Shown piece after piece: positions 14,101 to 26,262 of a DNA stretch of 64,000 nt. Made by a program: the position numbers and the translations under genes. The stretch's first letter is position 1; every line of letters starts with the position of its first letter. Source of the stretch: Octopus vulgaris (lineage: Eukaryota); NCBI GenBank assembly GCA_951406725.2, contig OX597831.1, positions 31,930,001 through 31,994,000 of the forward strand. Reading direction: 5' to 3'. The notes under the pieces were generated by a model. It was not told the DNA's origin. It worked only from the letters and a program-made list of their open reading frames with translations, and made no database searches.

Positions 14101-17100
14101 AACGAAAGGGTTAAATTCAGCTATTGTCTGCATTCATCACCATACACAATTAGTTGAAATCTCTTTGCACTCCCAAAAGAAGAGAAACTTTGGAATATAT
14201 TTTACTGACAGAATACCACCCTGTTTTAGTAGCAGTGTTTTCCCCACCCATCTGTCCATTCTATATATCATACAGCCCCACATTGTGATCCCTTTTGTAT
14301 AATGCTCATTAGTTTATACACAGCTAAAACTCAGCATTTTTATACCATATTTGGAACAGAGCCAATATATGAATACGTGTTTTTATATTTTTATGACTTA
14401 ATGAATATATTTATTTCCAGGGACTCTTTCATAGGTCAGAACTTTGTGGGGATAATGTTGTTAATGCTCATTTTGGAATGGCTTTGGGAAATCTTGGTGA
14501 CATCAACAAAGACGGTTTTGAAGGTAAGACCATGGCATTTTGTGTGTGTGTATATTTTCTTCACATTTTCTGTATAAAAACTATGCCACTGTTAAAGATC
14601 TTTATTTTAAACTTATAGAATTAATAGACTAAATTTCCACAAAAAAAAATGCATTTTTAGAAAAAACTAATAAAGAAAAAAATTGCTGCCTTCTAAATCT
14701 TAATGTATAAAACATGTGTGTGTTTCTCCTCTTCTCTAAATCTAATATACAAAATAACAGACCTTTCCTCTGCTCTATAATATATAAGGAAATACTGACA
14801 TTGGTTAAGAAACTGAGCAGATTAATTCCTACCTTAAGGGCCATGTAGCAGCTTTATCTTTTAGCTCATCTAAATTTTTACATCTGCTTTTCTATGCTGG
14901 CAAGCACTCAACTGGTCATCATAGAGCTAATTTATACTTATTCAGGGTTACTGCTCTTCTAGACATATCAGGGACCAAGTCCTGCTTGCATGTTCCATTC
15001 TTTGTTTTGGTTTCTGTAATTGGATGTGCTTTCTGTTGCCAATGGCTTCGCAGAATGTACTGGATGCATTTTCTTGTGGCACTAATACTAGAGAGGTTGT
15101 CTTGTCTCTGGCAAGACTGTAGACTTCTCTTTACAATGTTCTCATTCAATCAGTCACCAGCACGAGAGGGTTGTCTTGTGTCTAGCAAGACCAAAAGAAA
15201 GTCCATTCTCACATAACTGGATGGGAAAGACTAAGAGGATGATAGCAGAGTGAAAGAACCAGAGTGAGAGGAGAAACAGGTGATAAAATGAGGAAGTATG
15301 GAATATATATGTATACAAGTGCATATGCTGCCTCCCTCCCCATCCACTCACCCACCACCACACACATTTTTATGTTTAATTTTTCACTTTTACAACTACA
15401 TGGTTTTGGGTTCAGTCCCACTCCATGGCACTTTGAATAAGTCTTCTACTGTAGTCTTGGGATAATCAATGCCTTGTGAGTGAATTTGGTAGACAGAAAA
15501 TGAAAGAAGCCTATCACTCACTCACTCACTCCTCCCTCCCTCCCTCACTCCCTCACACACATACATACATACATATATAATAATTATTTGAGGGAATATT
15601 AATCCTAACTTACAGGGGAAAAAAATTCAATTTAGAAATACTAAATAAAATTGTTGGTTTTACTGTTCTGTATTTTAGAAATGAGGAATTCTGTACATTA
15701 TTCACATTATTTACATTGGACAGACATGTGTCCTCATCTTGTTTGTTGTTACCACAATGTTTTGGCTGATTTACTCTCCAGCCTTCATCAGGTGTCAGGG
15801 TAAAATTTTGAATCCATGATGATGTTATTGTTATTATTATTATTACTTATTCAAGGCACTGCCTGGAAGGAAAAAGTACTGAGGTCAAATTTGTTCAACT
15901 AAAACCCTTCAAAGCAATGCCCCAGCATGGCCACAGTCCAATGACTGAAACAAGATAATGAACCGTTTCTATCTACCTGTTATCTTTCCCTTTATCTAAT
16001 TTCTCTTCTTATCCCTTCTCAATCATCACCTATCTCACAAATTCCTCTTTCTCATCTCTAATCCACTCCAAATTTACCATTTTGCTTGTTATATTATCTT
16101 CGGTATTTTGCTTCCTCTTATAATTCCTTGTTCTTCCACTCCAAACTACGTTTCTCATCCTTTATTTCGTATCATTTTTTTTTTCCCTCACTAACACCTT
16201 ATTCTATTTGTATTGTCTGGTGTTGTTTATCTATCCCATAATTATTTCTACTTCACTTGCAGACATTGTAGTTGGAGCACCGTATGAAGAGGACAGTGGT
16301 GCCATTTATATATATTTTGGAAGCAATCTTAAACTCAATGAGAACAACAGACAGAAAATTCTTGGAAAGACATTGGACAAGGATCTGAAAGGTTTTGGAA
16401 TTTCATTTTCAAAACCTATGGATATTGACGGAAATGGTTATGATGGTAAGTTGCATTCTACCACTTTTTTTGTTTTACACATTAAAAAACAATGCTAAAT
16501 CTGTAGCTGGAAGAGGTTTTCAAGAAAGATTCTTAACCCTTTTGATACCAAGCTACCTGAAACTGCCTCTGTTTTAACCCTTTAGCATTTAATCTGGCCA
16601 TATCCAGTCCAAATATTCTACCTGTTTTATGTTAAAACTGATCAGATCTAAACTCTCACACCTAGCCTACAATGTCGTTCTAAAAATATACAAACACACC
16701 ATTGAAATTTTGATGCTGCAAAATAATGCAAGATTAATTCAAAGCAATGTGAATAGATAAGCCATACATTTGACAAAGAAATCTGAATGCTAAAGGGTTA
16801 AAGTGATCTTAAAATCTTCCATTGAAATTTCATGTTATTTAATGCTTGAAAGCTAAGTAACTACAACAATTTTTTGGATAATTCTTGATTATTTTCAAAA
16901 TTAATTAAAACAAAGAGAAATAAGGCAACAAAAGGGTTAAATCATCAAGTAAACCATCTAGCAGTTTTTATATTCATACCAAACTCTCATCATCACCATC
17001 ATCATTGTTTAACATCCGTTTTTCATGCTGGTATGGGTTGAACATTTTGACCAAGGTCTGGAGAACCAGCAGCTGCACCAGGCTCCAATCTGATCTGGCA

Positions 17101-18373
17101 ATGTTTCTACAGCTGGATGCCCTTCCTAACATCAACCACTCCAAGAGTGTAGTGGGTGCTTTTTATGTGCCACCAGCACAGGTGCCAGCCAGGCGGGCTT
17201 GGCCTCGATCACGTTTGGATAGTGCTTTTTACGTGCCACGGGCACAGGAACCAGCCAGGCAAGCCTGGCATCGATCATGTTCAGATAGTGCTTCTTACAT
17301 GCCAACGGCAGAGGAGCTAGCCAGGCAGGCCTGGCATCGATCATGTTTGGTTTTTACGTGCCACCAACAAAGGAGCCAGCCAGGCAGGCCTGGCATCAAT
17401 CATGTTCGGATAGTGCTTTCTATGCGCCACCTATATTTTTAGCAATTTCTTCAGTCATACAGCTTAATAATTTGCATTAGACTAGTTAATTAATGTTATA
17501 CAAATAAAGCTATTTTAGTCTGCTTCATAAAATTTTGGCTTTTCTCTGCTTTGAATTGTTTGTTTTTCCATCATTTTAGCAAAAAGAAAAATTTTGTGTG
17601 GAAAAAAATATCAATTACAAAAATGTTGGATACCAGAAAGTATACCAGAGATTGCATGGACTAAAATTTCTAGATTAATCTTATAGAAATGGTTTTAATC
17701 AAAGAAACTCTAACACTTAGGGTCATTTGCATCTCAGTAAATAATTGTTCGTTTCTTTTTATTGATAGAAGTGACTGTATGGTAAGTAGCTTGCTTACTA
17801 ACCACATGGTTCCGGGTTCAGTCTCACTGCGTGGCACCTTGAGCAAGTGTCTCATACTATAGCCTCAGGTCAACCAAAGCCTTGTGAGTGGATTTGGTAG
17901 ACAGAAACTGAAAGAAGCCTAAAGCTTGTTGTATATGTGTGTATGTGTGTGTGTATTTACATCCCCGTAACTTAGTGATTTGGCAAATAGACCAATAGAA
18001 TAAGTACTAGGCTTACAAAGAATAAGTTTTGGGGTTGATTTGTTTGACTAAAGGCGATGCTCAAGCATGGCTACAGTCAAATGGCTAAAACAAGTAAAAG
18101 AATAAAATGTTCTTTTAAACCATATAAAAACCTTATGAATTCTATGAATTTAATCCATGTATGCAGTGTCTACATGTGTGTGTATCTGTGTGTACAAAAC
18201 AGTATTTCCAACATCACTTCGCCAATGACTGAGCAACAAACATCACAAACACACTTTCTATATGAAGATAGAAGCTGATAAATTAGCACCCACTAGAGGA
18301 ACTATCCTTGGCTATATATAGTAATCATAGGTGTGTGTGTGTATGTATATATATATATGTATATACAGCACAA

Positions 18374-18422
<49 letters not shown>

Positions 18423-18477
18423 CACACATATATATATATACACACATATATATATACATATATATGTATACACACAC

Positions 18478-18539
<62 letters not shown>

Positions 18540-21500
18540 GCACACATATACACACACATATACATATATATTCTGGTAAAAAGCAAAAAGGTTACTGAAC
18601 AGAAATGGACTAAGTGTGAATGATAAAGTTCACCTAATTGAAAATAGTGAAAATAATACAAAATGGAAAGTACAGTCGACTGTTGTAAGCAGCAGGGATA
18701 TTGATGTGTGTTCTGTTAGTCTGTAGTGCTGAGCTGACATACTCTCACCTGGGGGAACCAGACAAGGCAACAGAAAACCATTCTTATGTATTTTCTAGGA
18801 ATATTTCAATGACCTGTTGTGTTACAGAACATTATCAGTACAGCTGTTATTTTGGAAGATACAGGAATAATCTGACCAATAATGGTTCCTAACTGATTAA
18901 GCCCAGGTGGTAAATTGGCAATATCATGAGAGTATAAAGCAAAATGCCTTCCGTTTGTTCCAGTTCTTTGTGCTCTGAGTTCAAATCTTGTCACAGTCAA
19001 CTTTATATTTCATCTTTTTGGGGTCAATAAAATAAAGTCCCACTTCAGTAGAGTAGATTGACAGAGTTTATAGAATGTCAAATGAGTGGTCTCGGTGCAC
19101 TTCTTCCAGCTCTTTGTATTTTAAGTTCTTGGGCAGTTGACAATTTGTCATTTGATTTAATACCCACCAATAAGGCCTTGGGTACCTTTAGTGAAGTAAA
19201 CTTTTGTAAGCATTTGGGCCAGTTCTCTGTGGGTCCAAAAATACTTCCCTTGCTTCCTTCCATCAACTTAGAGACCCCATAAATGAAAAGGGTCATGAAC
19301 ACTAACCTTCACCTCCCAGGCTGAACAAAGAAACTGCTGACATAAGAAGCCATTAGTTCATTGTGGGAGTAAAATACTTAACAGTTCTCTACTTTTGTAA
19401 GGAAGGGCATCTATCCACAAGTCATGCCTAGAAAAATTAACAAACAACAGGCATGACTGACTTTATAGGTGCAGCCATAACTGTGCAGTTAAGAAATTTT
19501 CTTCACAATCAGATAGTTTTCAGCTCAGTCGACACCTGGACAGGTATCTTCTGCTATAGCCCTGAGCTGACCTGCCTTGTCAGTGAATATGGTATACAGA
19601 AGTCGTACAAAAACCAGAGAATGAGTGTGTCATCAATTACCATCTGTTTGCCATGCTGGAATGGGTTGGATAGGGTGAGTATTCTCCTTTTCTGGGCTTA
19701 CACCAAAAATCGTGGAGCTACAGATGACGTCTGGTGTCATTTCCCTGTCAATGAATCATCCATCCGTACTTTTAAAGATGAGTGGAATGGAAAACTTCCT
19801 TATTTGAAAACTAGGAAAGGGTTAGCAACAGGAAGGGCACTCAGCTATAAAACAATGTCTCAACAATATGTATTTATTTAATTCATCTAACCTGTACCAA
19901 TTTAGAAAAAAAAAATGTAAAATGAATTACTTCCTCTATTGGTTGCTGTAATCTCAATTTCAATAATGCAATACAGAATATTTTATTTTCATTCACAGAC
20001 TTCTTTGCTGGTGCCTTTCTGTCAGATAATGCTGTGTTACTCTCTTCAAGAGAAATAAAGGCCGAAAGCAGCATCACAACTAACCCTAGAGAATTAGATC
20101 CTTCAAATGTCAGATGTTTTGGTGAAATCTTTACCTCTGGATGTCTTGATTTAAAGTTGTGTATTAAACTAAAAGGAAAAAACTTAAAAAATATCAGTAA
20201 GGCTTTTTATAACTCCTTTCTTACTTTATTTACATACACTGCCTTTGTTCCAGTTAGTTTTTAAAATAATGAAGAGTTTAGTAAAATAACTTTCTTATTA
20301 TTAAGCTAGTGTTTGGAATATAAATTAGCATAAAATTTAGATTACTTTAAAACAGTAAGTTTGTGTCATAGTACTTCTGAGGAAAGTTGGTATCAAAAGT
20401 ATATATTATTGAGAGCACAGCTAGTTAAATAGAAAGTATAGAGGCCAAGAAGCTGTGAGATAAAGGGTTCACATAACAGCATACAAAAGTACCAAGGGTC
20501 TCAAGCTATGCTGTCCACCCAGTTGAAGTAGGGGCTATGAAGTAGGAACAACACACCAATCTTAGCATTACAGTAAAATGGGCAAATTGACCATTATTTT
20601 GCAGAGGTGAGTTTCATTCTTTCAATGGACATATCCCAGTATGAGATGGGCTCTGCTAAACAATTTCACTAAAGATAGACTTCATCCATCCCCTGGGTGC
20701 CTTTAGTAGAGTTCACTCTAATGCAAACACTCAGATCAGGTCTTTGGTTTGAGGATATCTTCTTCACTCCCCCGTCTCACTAGCATTGGAGGCCCTGGAA
20801 AGGGTCTTAGACATTGCCTTCTTACCTGATTAAAAAATAAAACCCAAAGTACATCATCATATGAAAACAGATGTCTTCAGTGATTTTACAAACAATCCAT
20901 TGATGTATTATGGGTGGAGGTACAGGACAGCTGTTAATGATTTTAATAAGTATTATTAAAATTGTTTTAGTGTTTCATAAAATGATGAAGGGAGTTGTCT
21001 GAAGAGTAGTTTTGAAGGCACATGGCTTAGTGGTTTGGGTATTTGGCTCAGAATTGTAAGGTCGTGAGTTCCATTCCCACTGGTGTGGTTTACCCTTGAG
21101 CAAGATACTTTATTTCAAGTTGCTCCAGTCCACATAACTACATTAAGTGTACGTGTGTCTGTGGAGTGCTCAGCCACTTCCACAATAGTTTCACAAACAG
21201 GCTGTTCCATTGATCAGATCAACTGGAGCCCTCGTCATTGTAACCAATGAATTGCCAGTTTTTAGTTTTGACCATCTCCCTTCTTAATTCAAATCAGTTG
21301 TCCCTCTCTGCTTAATAAAATAAGTACCAAATTACATAAAGAACAGTTTCTATTCATATGCTGATCTATAATAAAAACTGGTTTTGTACATTAGTGGAAA
21401 ACTATTATTTTAATGTTTCATAATTATTCTCTTTTCTAACTTCAATTTTAAAATTTTTCTTTAAATTTGCTTTTTCCCCACTTGCCACCACATCCTTCAT

Positions 21501-24500
21501 AGTTTGTTTTGTTTTGCTCCACCCATTTATCCAGAAACAACCATCAATATTGATGTGGATCTTGATCAAGAAAAAACCAAGAAACGAATTGCCTTAGAAG
21601 GTTCAAACACCAAAGAAATAATACTTCAAAGCGAAGAAGAAAGTTGTATTTCAATGGCTTTAAAAACACGGGTATGTTTGCCCCTCACTCCTCTACTGTA
21701 AAACAGATAGACACACACACAAGGGATGCTGAAATGTTCTTGGTTTTAAGGTATTGCAAAAGGCCTGGTAGGAGGCCCAACCTTCCAAGTTCTTATACAG
21801 GGTTTAGAAAAGCTGAAGGAGCGCTGTAATAAGTTTGTGAATCTAAGAGGGGAATATGTTGAATAAAATCATAATTAACTGATCCTCTAGAATTTTCTTT
21901 TATCCAAAGCCAGGAACTCTTCAGCACCCCCTTGTATACATGTGTGTGTGTGTGCGCATGCGTACCTCGCCAGCTCATATAAATATATATATATATACAC
22001 ACACACACATATATATATATGTGACCTCGTGTGAACCATTGGCGATTTTTTTTCCTCTGTCTTCCCTTCTGTGGATCTTTCCTTCTCCTATGTTTCCAAT
22101 GAAGAGCTCTGCTCGAAACGTTAAACCCTCCTTCTTTCCTGAGCGTCCAATAATACTATATTTGTTCCACGTCCTCGCGTTGTTGTGTTTTTTTGTGCTT
22201 TCTTGTTTGGATTAACTACATATATATATATATATACATATATATATACATATACATATATATATACATATATATATATCAGGTATGTGTCGCCTAGGTA
22301 GGCAGTGCCTACCTTGAATAAAGTAGATCGATAGCAATATTTTCCTTTTATGACAAAATATGCACCTAATTCAATAAAATTATGAAGGTTACCCTGATTA
22401 CTGTGCATAAAATGCAAAATATTTTATTTTTTATAGATTAGGTAGACATAATTTGCCCCTACCTTTCAATCTCAGTATTAAAACTATGCATAGTACTGCT
22501 GTAGTGCATGTGCTGCATACACTCCAATAACACTGTTTTCTTTATGTGTTATAAAAGCAGGAGTAAATCTACCTTCAACTCAGTCACATGCCTGTGCTTT
22601 CCATATGTTTTGTGTGTTTTACTACACGAAGGATGTTTGTTGCTCAGTAACTGCCTACCCTGAGTAATTACTGATATGTGTGTGTGTGTGTGTATATATA
22701 TAAATTTATATAAATAAGGATAAGATCGTTATTTTAATATCGAACTTATCAAGTGGCCAGCATGGGAATAAAAACCTTCAAAGGTAATAATTATTATTAA
22801 AATTATAATTTAGGGTATCTAAGAGATACCACCATGCTTGAAACAGCAGCCAAAACTTGACTCTAAAACCACATTAAAAGTTCATACAGCACCAGGTGTA
22901 TGTATGAGCTGGTGCTGTATGAACTTTTAAAGTGGTTTTAGAGTCAAGCTTTGGCTGCTATTTCAAGCATGGTGGTATCTCTTAGATACCCTAAATTATA
23001 ATTTTAATAATAATTTTATTCATATATATATATATATACATACCATCATCATCATCATTTAACATCCTTTTTCCACGATGGCATAATTTGGACAGTTTGA
23101 CAGGATTCAACAAGCTATATACATATAAGTGTGTCTGTGTGGCTACTTCCAACCACATGTTTTCAAGTTCAGTCCCACTGTACAGCACTTTGGGCAAGTG
23201 TCTAATATAGCACTGAGCTGGTTAAAGACTTGAGACTGGATTTGGTTGACAGAAACTGAAAGAAGCCTGTTGTGTGTGTGTGTCTGTCTGCTTGTCTTGA
23301 TATTATGTGATAGTTGTAGAATGGGTGTCATTCATTTCCGTTATTCTGTGAAAACATGTTTGGCTATGAGGAAATCTTACCTTACATGGGAACTGGTGAG
23401 GGTTGGTGACAAGAAGGGTATCCAACCATCGAAAATATCTCAATAAAATTCCATCTAACTTATGAAAGCATAGAAATTTGGATTCTAAAATGATATTGGT
23501 ATCTGTCTATTACTATATATTTGTATTTATAACTGTGTCTATATGCAACTTTATCCACACACACATGCGCTGCGCATACACACACACACACACTATTACC
23601 TTTTTCTAATTGTTTTGCTTTATTCTTCATTTCTAGAAAACCAACAATATTTTCTCCTCTGTGATCATGCACTTTAGAGTATCTTACCGCATCAAAGAAG
23701 CTGGAAATTTACTTGACAAAACATTACTCACAAAAGAAGTAAGTTTTAAAAACAAAAAGCAATTTCACTCAATATCTGTTCTCTTTACTGAACCAACAGG
23801 AATTGAATAAAATATTCTTCTAAAATAATGTAACTAAAAGATCAAAGTATTTTTAAATCAGCCATATCCGGCCAAAATATTCCATCTGTTTTATGTTCAA
23901 ACTGACCAGATCAAAGCTCTCACACCTATCCTATATTGTTATTCTAAAGATAAACAACCACATCATTGAAATCTCAAAGATATGAGATAGTGTATGATTA
24001 ATTCAAAATAATATAAATAAATTAGCAGTACATTTGACAGAATAATCTGAACATGAAAGAGTTAAGGATGTTTTAGACAGTACACTTTCTAATTCATCCA
24101 TTTATCTGGACCTCCCAGTCTACTGGAAAGTGAAATCTAATATCTCTACCTCTCCTTGGCAGACCCCCAGCACCTCTGTCACTCCTCAGCAAACTCTCAG
24201 TATCCCGGTCATTCCTAGGCAGACTGGAGATAAATTATTTAGTTCTTTCTGTAAATCCAGATTACCAAAAATAAAGTCTTACAATTACTGGCCTCATAGC
24301 TGAAGTCAGACATGTTTTACCTGTAGACGATACAAAGGAAGATGTGCAGAAGACAATATGGAATAATAATAATGTTTCTAACACAGGAAAGTATATGGGA
24401 TTGATGGACAACTTCTTGTTATCTTGAACTCCCAACATGAATGCCCTAGTATTTGTGTTCTGTTAAATGGTGCTTAGTCACAACCATTCAATGTGGGTGT

Positions 24501-26189
24501 CAGACTCCATCAAGAGTACATACTGTTACCTCTCCTGTTCATAACTTTTATGGACAGGAATGATGTGCACAGCAGGGTTGGAAATGGTGTCAAGGCCAGC
24601 AGGTAAAGGATCGGTCAGCTGGAATTTGTGGATGACTTGGTACCACTTGACTCATCAAAAGGTGGTCTCTAGTAATGAGTTTGCTGCTGAGTGCTGCTCA
24701 ACAGGAATGAAAATCAGTGATGTGAAGACAGATACTCATCCTCTCAAGGAGGCCAGTGTAATGCTCTCTACATGTGAGTGGAGTTCCACTGAAGCAGGAA
24801 AAGTTCAAGTATTTCAGGACTGTTTTCACAAGTTAAGGAAGGCAGCAGGCTGAACTACATGCAAGAACTGCAGGAGCTGGTGCAGTAATGCCCCAGCTGC
24901 AGCATCCAGACATCAGAAGGGAAGTAGGAGTAAAAGCCAGACTCGCTTTCTTCAATTTGGGGTTTGTGTCTATTCTTACCTATGGTCATGAAAGAGTATA
25001 ATCATGAATTCAAGCAACCAAAGTGGGGTTCTGAAGTGATTCGGGGTTATATTACTCAAAGGCATGGCTTGGACATCAGAGAAGCGTTCCAAGTAGAGCT
25101 GCTACTTCTCCAAATAGAGAGATTACAGCTCCTATGAACATGTGGTGAGAATGTCACCAGAAAAGAATAACTAGACAGGTTTTATAAGTAAAACCAACTG
25201 GCAGGAGACCCAGGGTTAAACTATGAACAAGATGGTTGGTTAATATTGATGAACTTTGTTGGTCTTGCCTGGGGATCCAGTCAGATCAATTGGAGTTAGT
25301 TGCTTCTCACAGACCCAATGGAAGGCATCCTTAAGGACTCTGCCCCCCCCACCACCACCACCACCACACTCCCAAAAATGAATGAGTAAAGAAGATGAGA
25401 TGAACATAGGTATAAGATTTAGGAGAGAGGTATAGTTGATTAAATCAACTCCAGTACTTGATGCCTATTTTTAATCAATTCCGGAACAATAAGTTGATGT
25501 TGACAAGATTTTCACTCTCTATGTAAAGTGGAACTAAAAACTGCAAAGCATTTTATCTGATGCTCCAACAATTCAGCCATTTGTATTTTACCACAAAAAC
25601 ACAGAAAGAAAAACTTTACAAAACAATTTAACCCTTTTCATAGTAAAGCACCGAAACCTACCCTTGTGATACAAAATCCTTGCTTTAAAAAGATCTAAAT
25701 TAAAACCTTCCACCAAAGTTTCATGTTAGTTTATGTTCTAAACACTAACTGAATAATGACAAAGTTATTTCACTAAATTATTCATTATCGTCAAAATTAA
25801 TTGAAACACTGGTGGTGAATACAGTTCTATATTTAAGAGATGAGGAATTGCGTACATTATTTACATTTGATGGGCAAATGGCATAGTGGTTAAGAACAGG
25901 GGCTAGTAACCCTAAGATTCTGAATTTGATTCCAAGCAGTGACCTGAATAATAACAACAACAACAACAACAGTAGCAAAAAATACCTTAAGAATGAGAAC
26001 CCAGGTTTGAAATTTCCCCAATACACCTGATGAAGGCTGGAAGGTATATCAGCCGAAACATGTTAACAACAAACAAGATGAGGAAAAATATCCGTCAAAT
26101 GTAAATAATGTACTAGCAGTGAATGTCAACAGAAATCTGGTATCAAAGTAGTTTACATAATGTAAAAATCACCAAAACAGAAATGTGAT

Positions 26190-26262
<73 letters not shown>

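Noticed and set aside
18302-18661. YIYI/HTHT-rich ORFs
   Set aside because: Translations of dinucleotide microsatellites.
25872-25940. Functional tRNA genes (also heads at 11690, 10215, 27078)
   Set aside because: Only degenerate A/B boxes, no full cloverleaf, and fused to repeat bodies.
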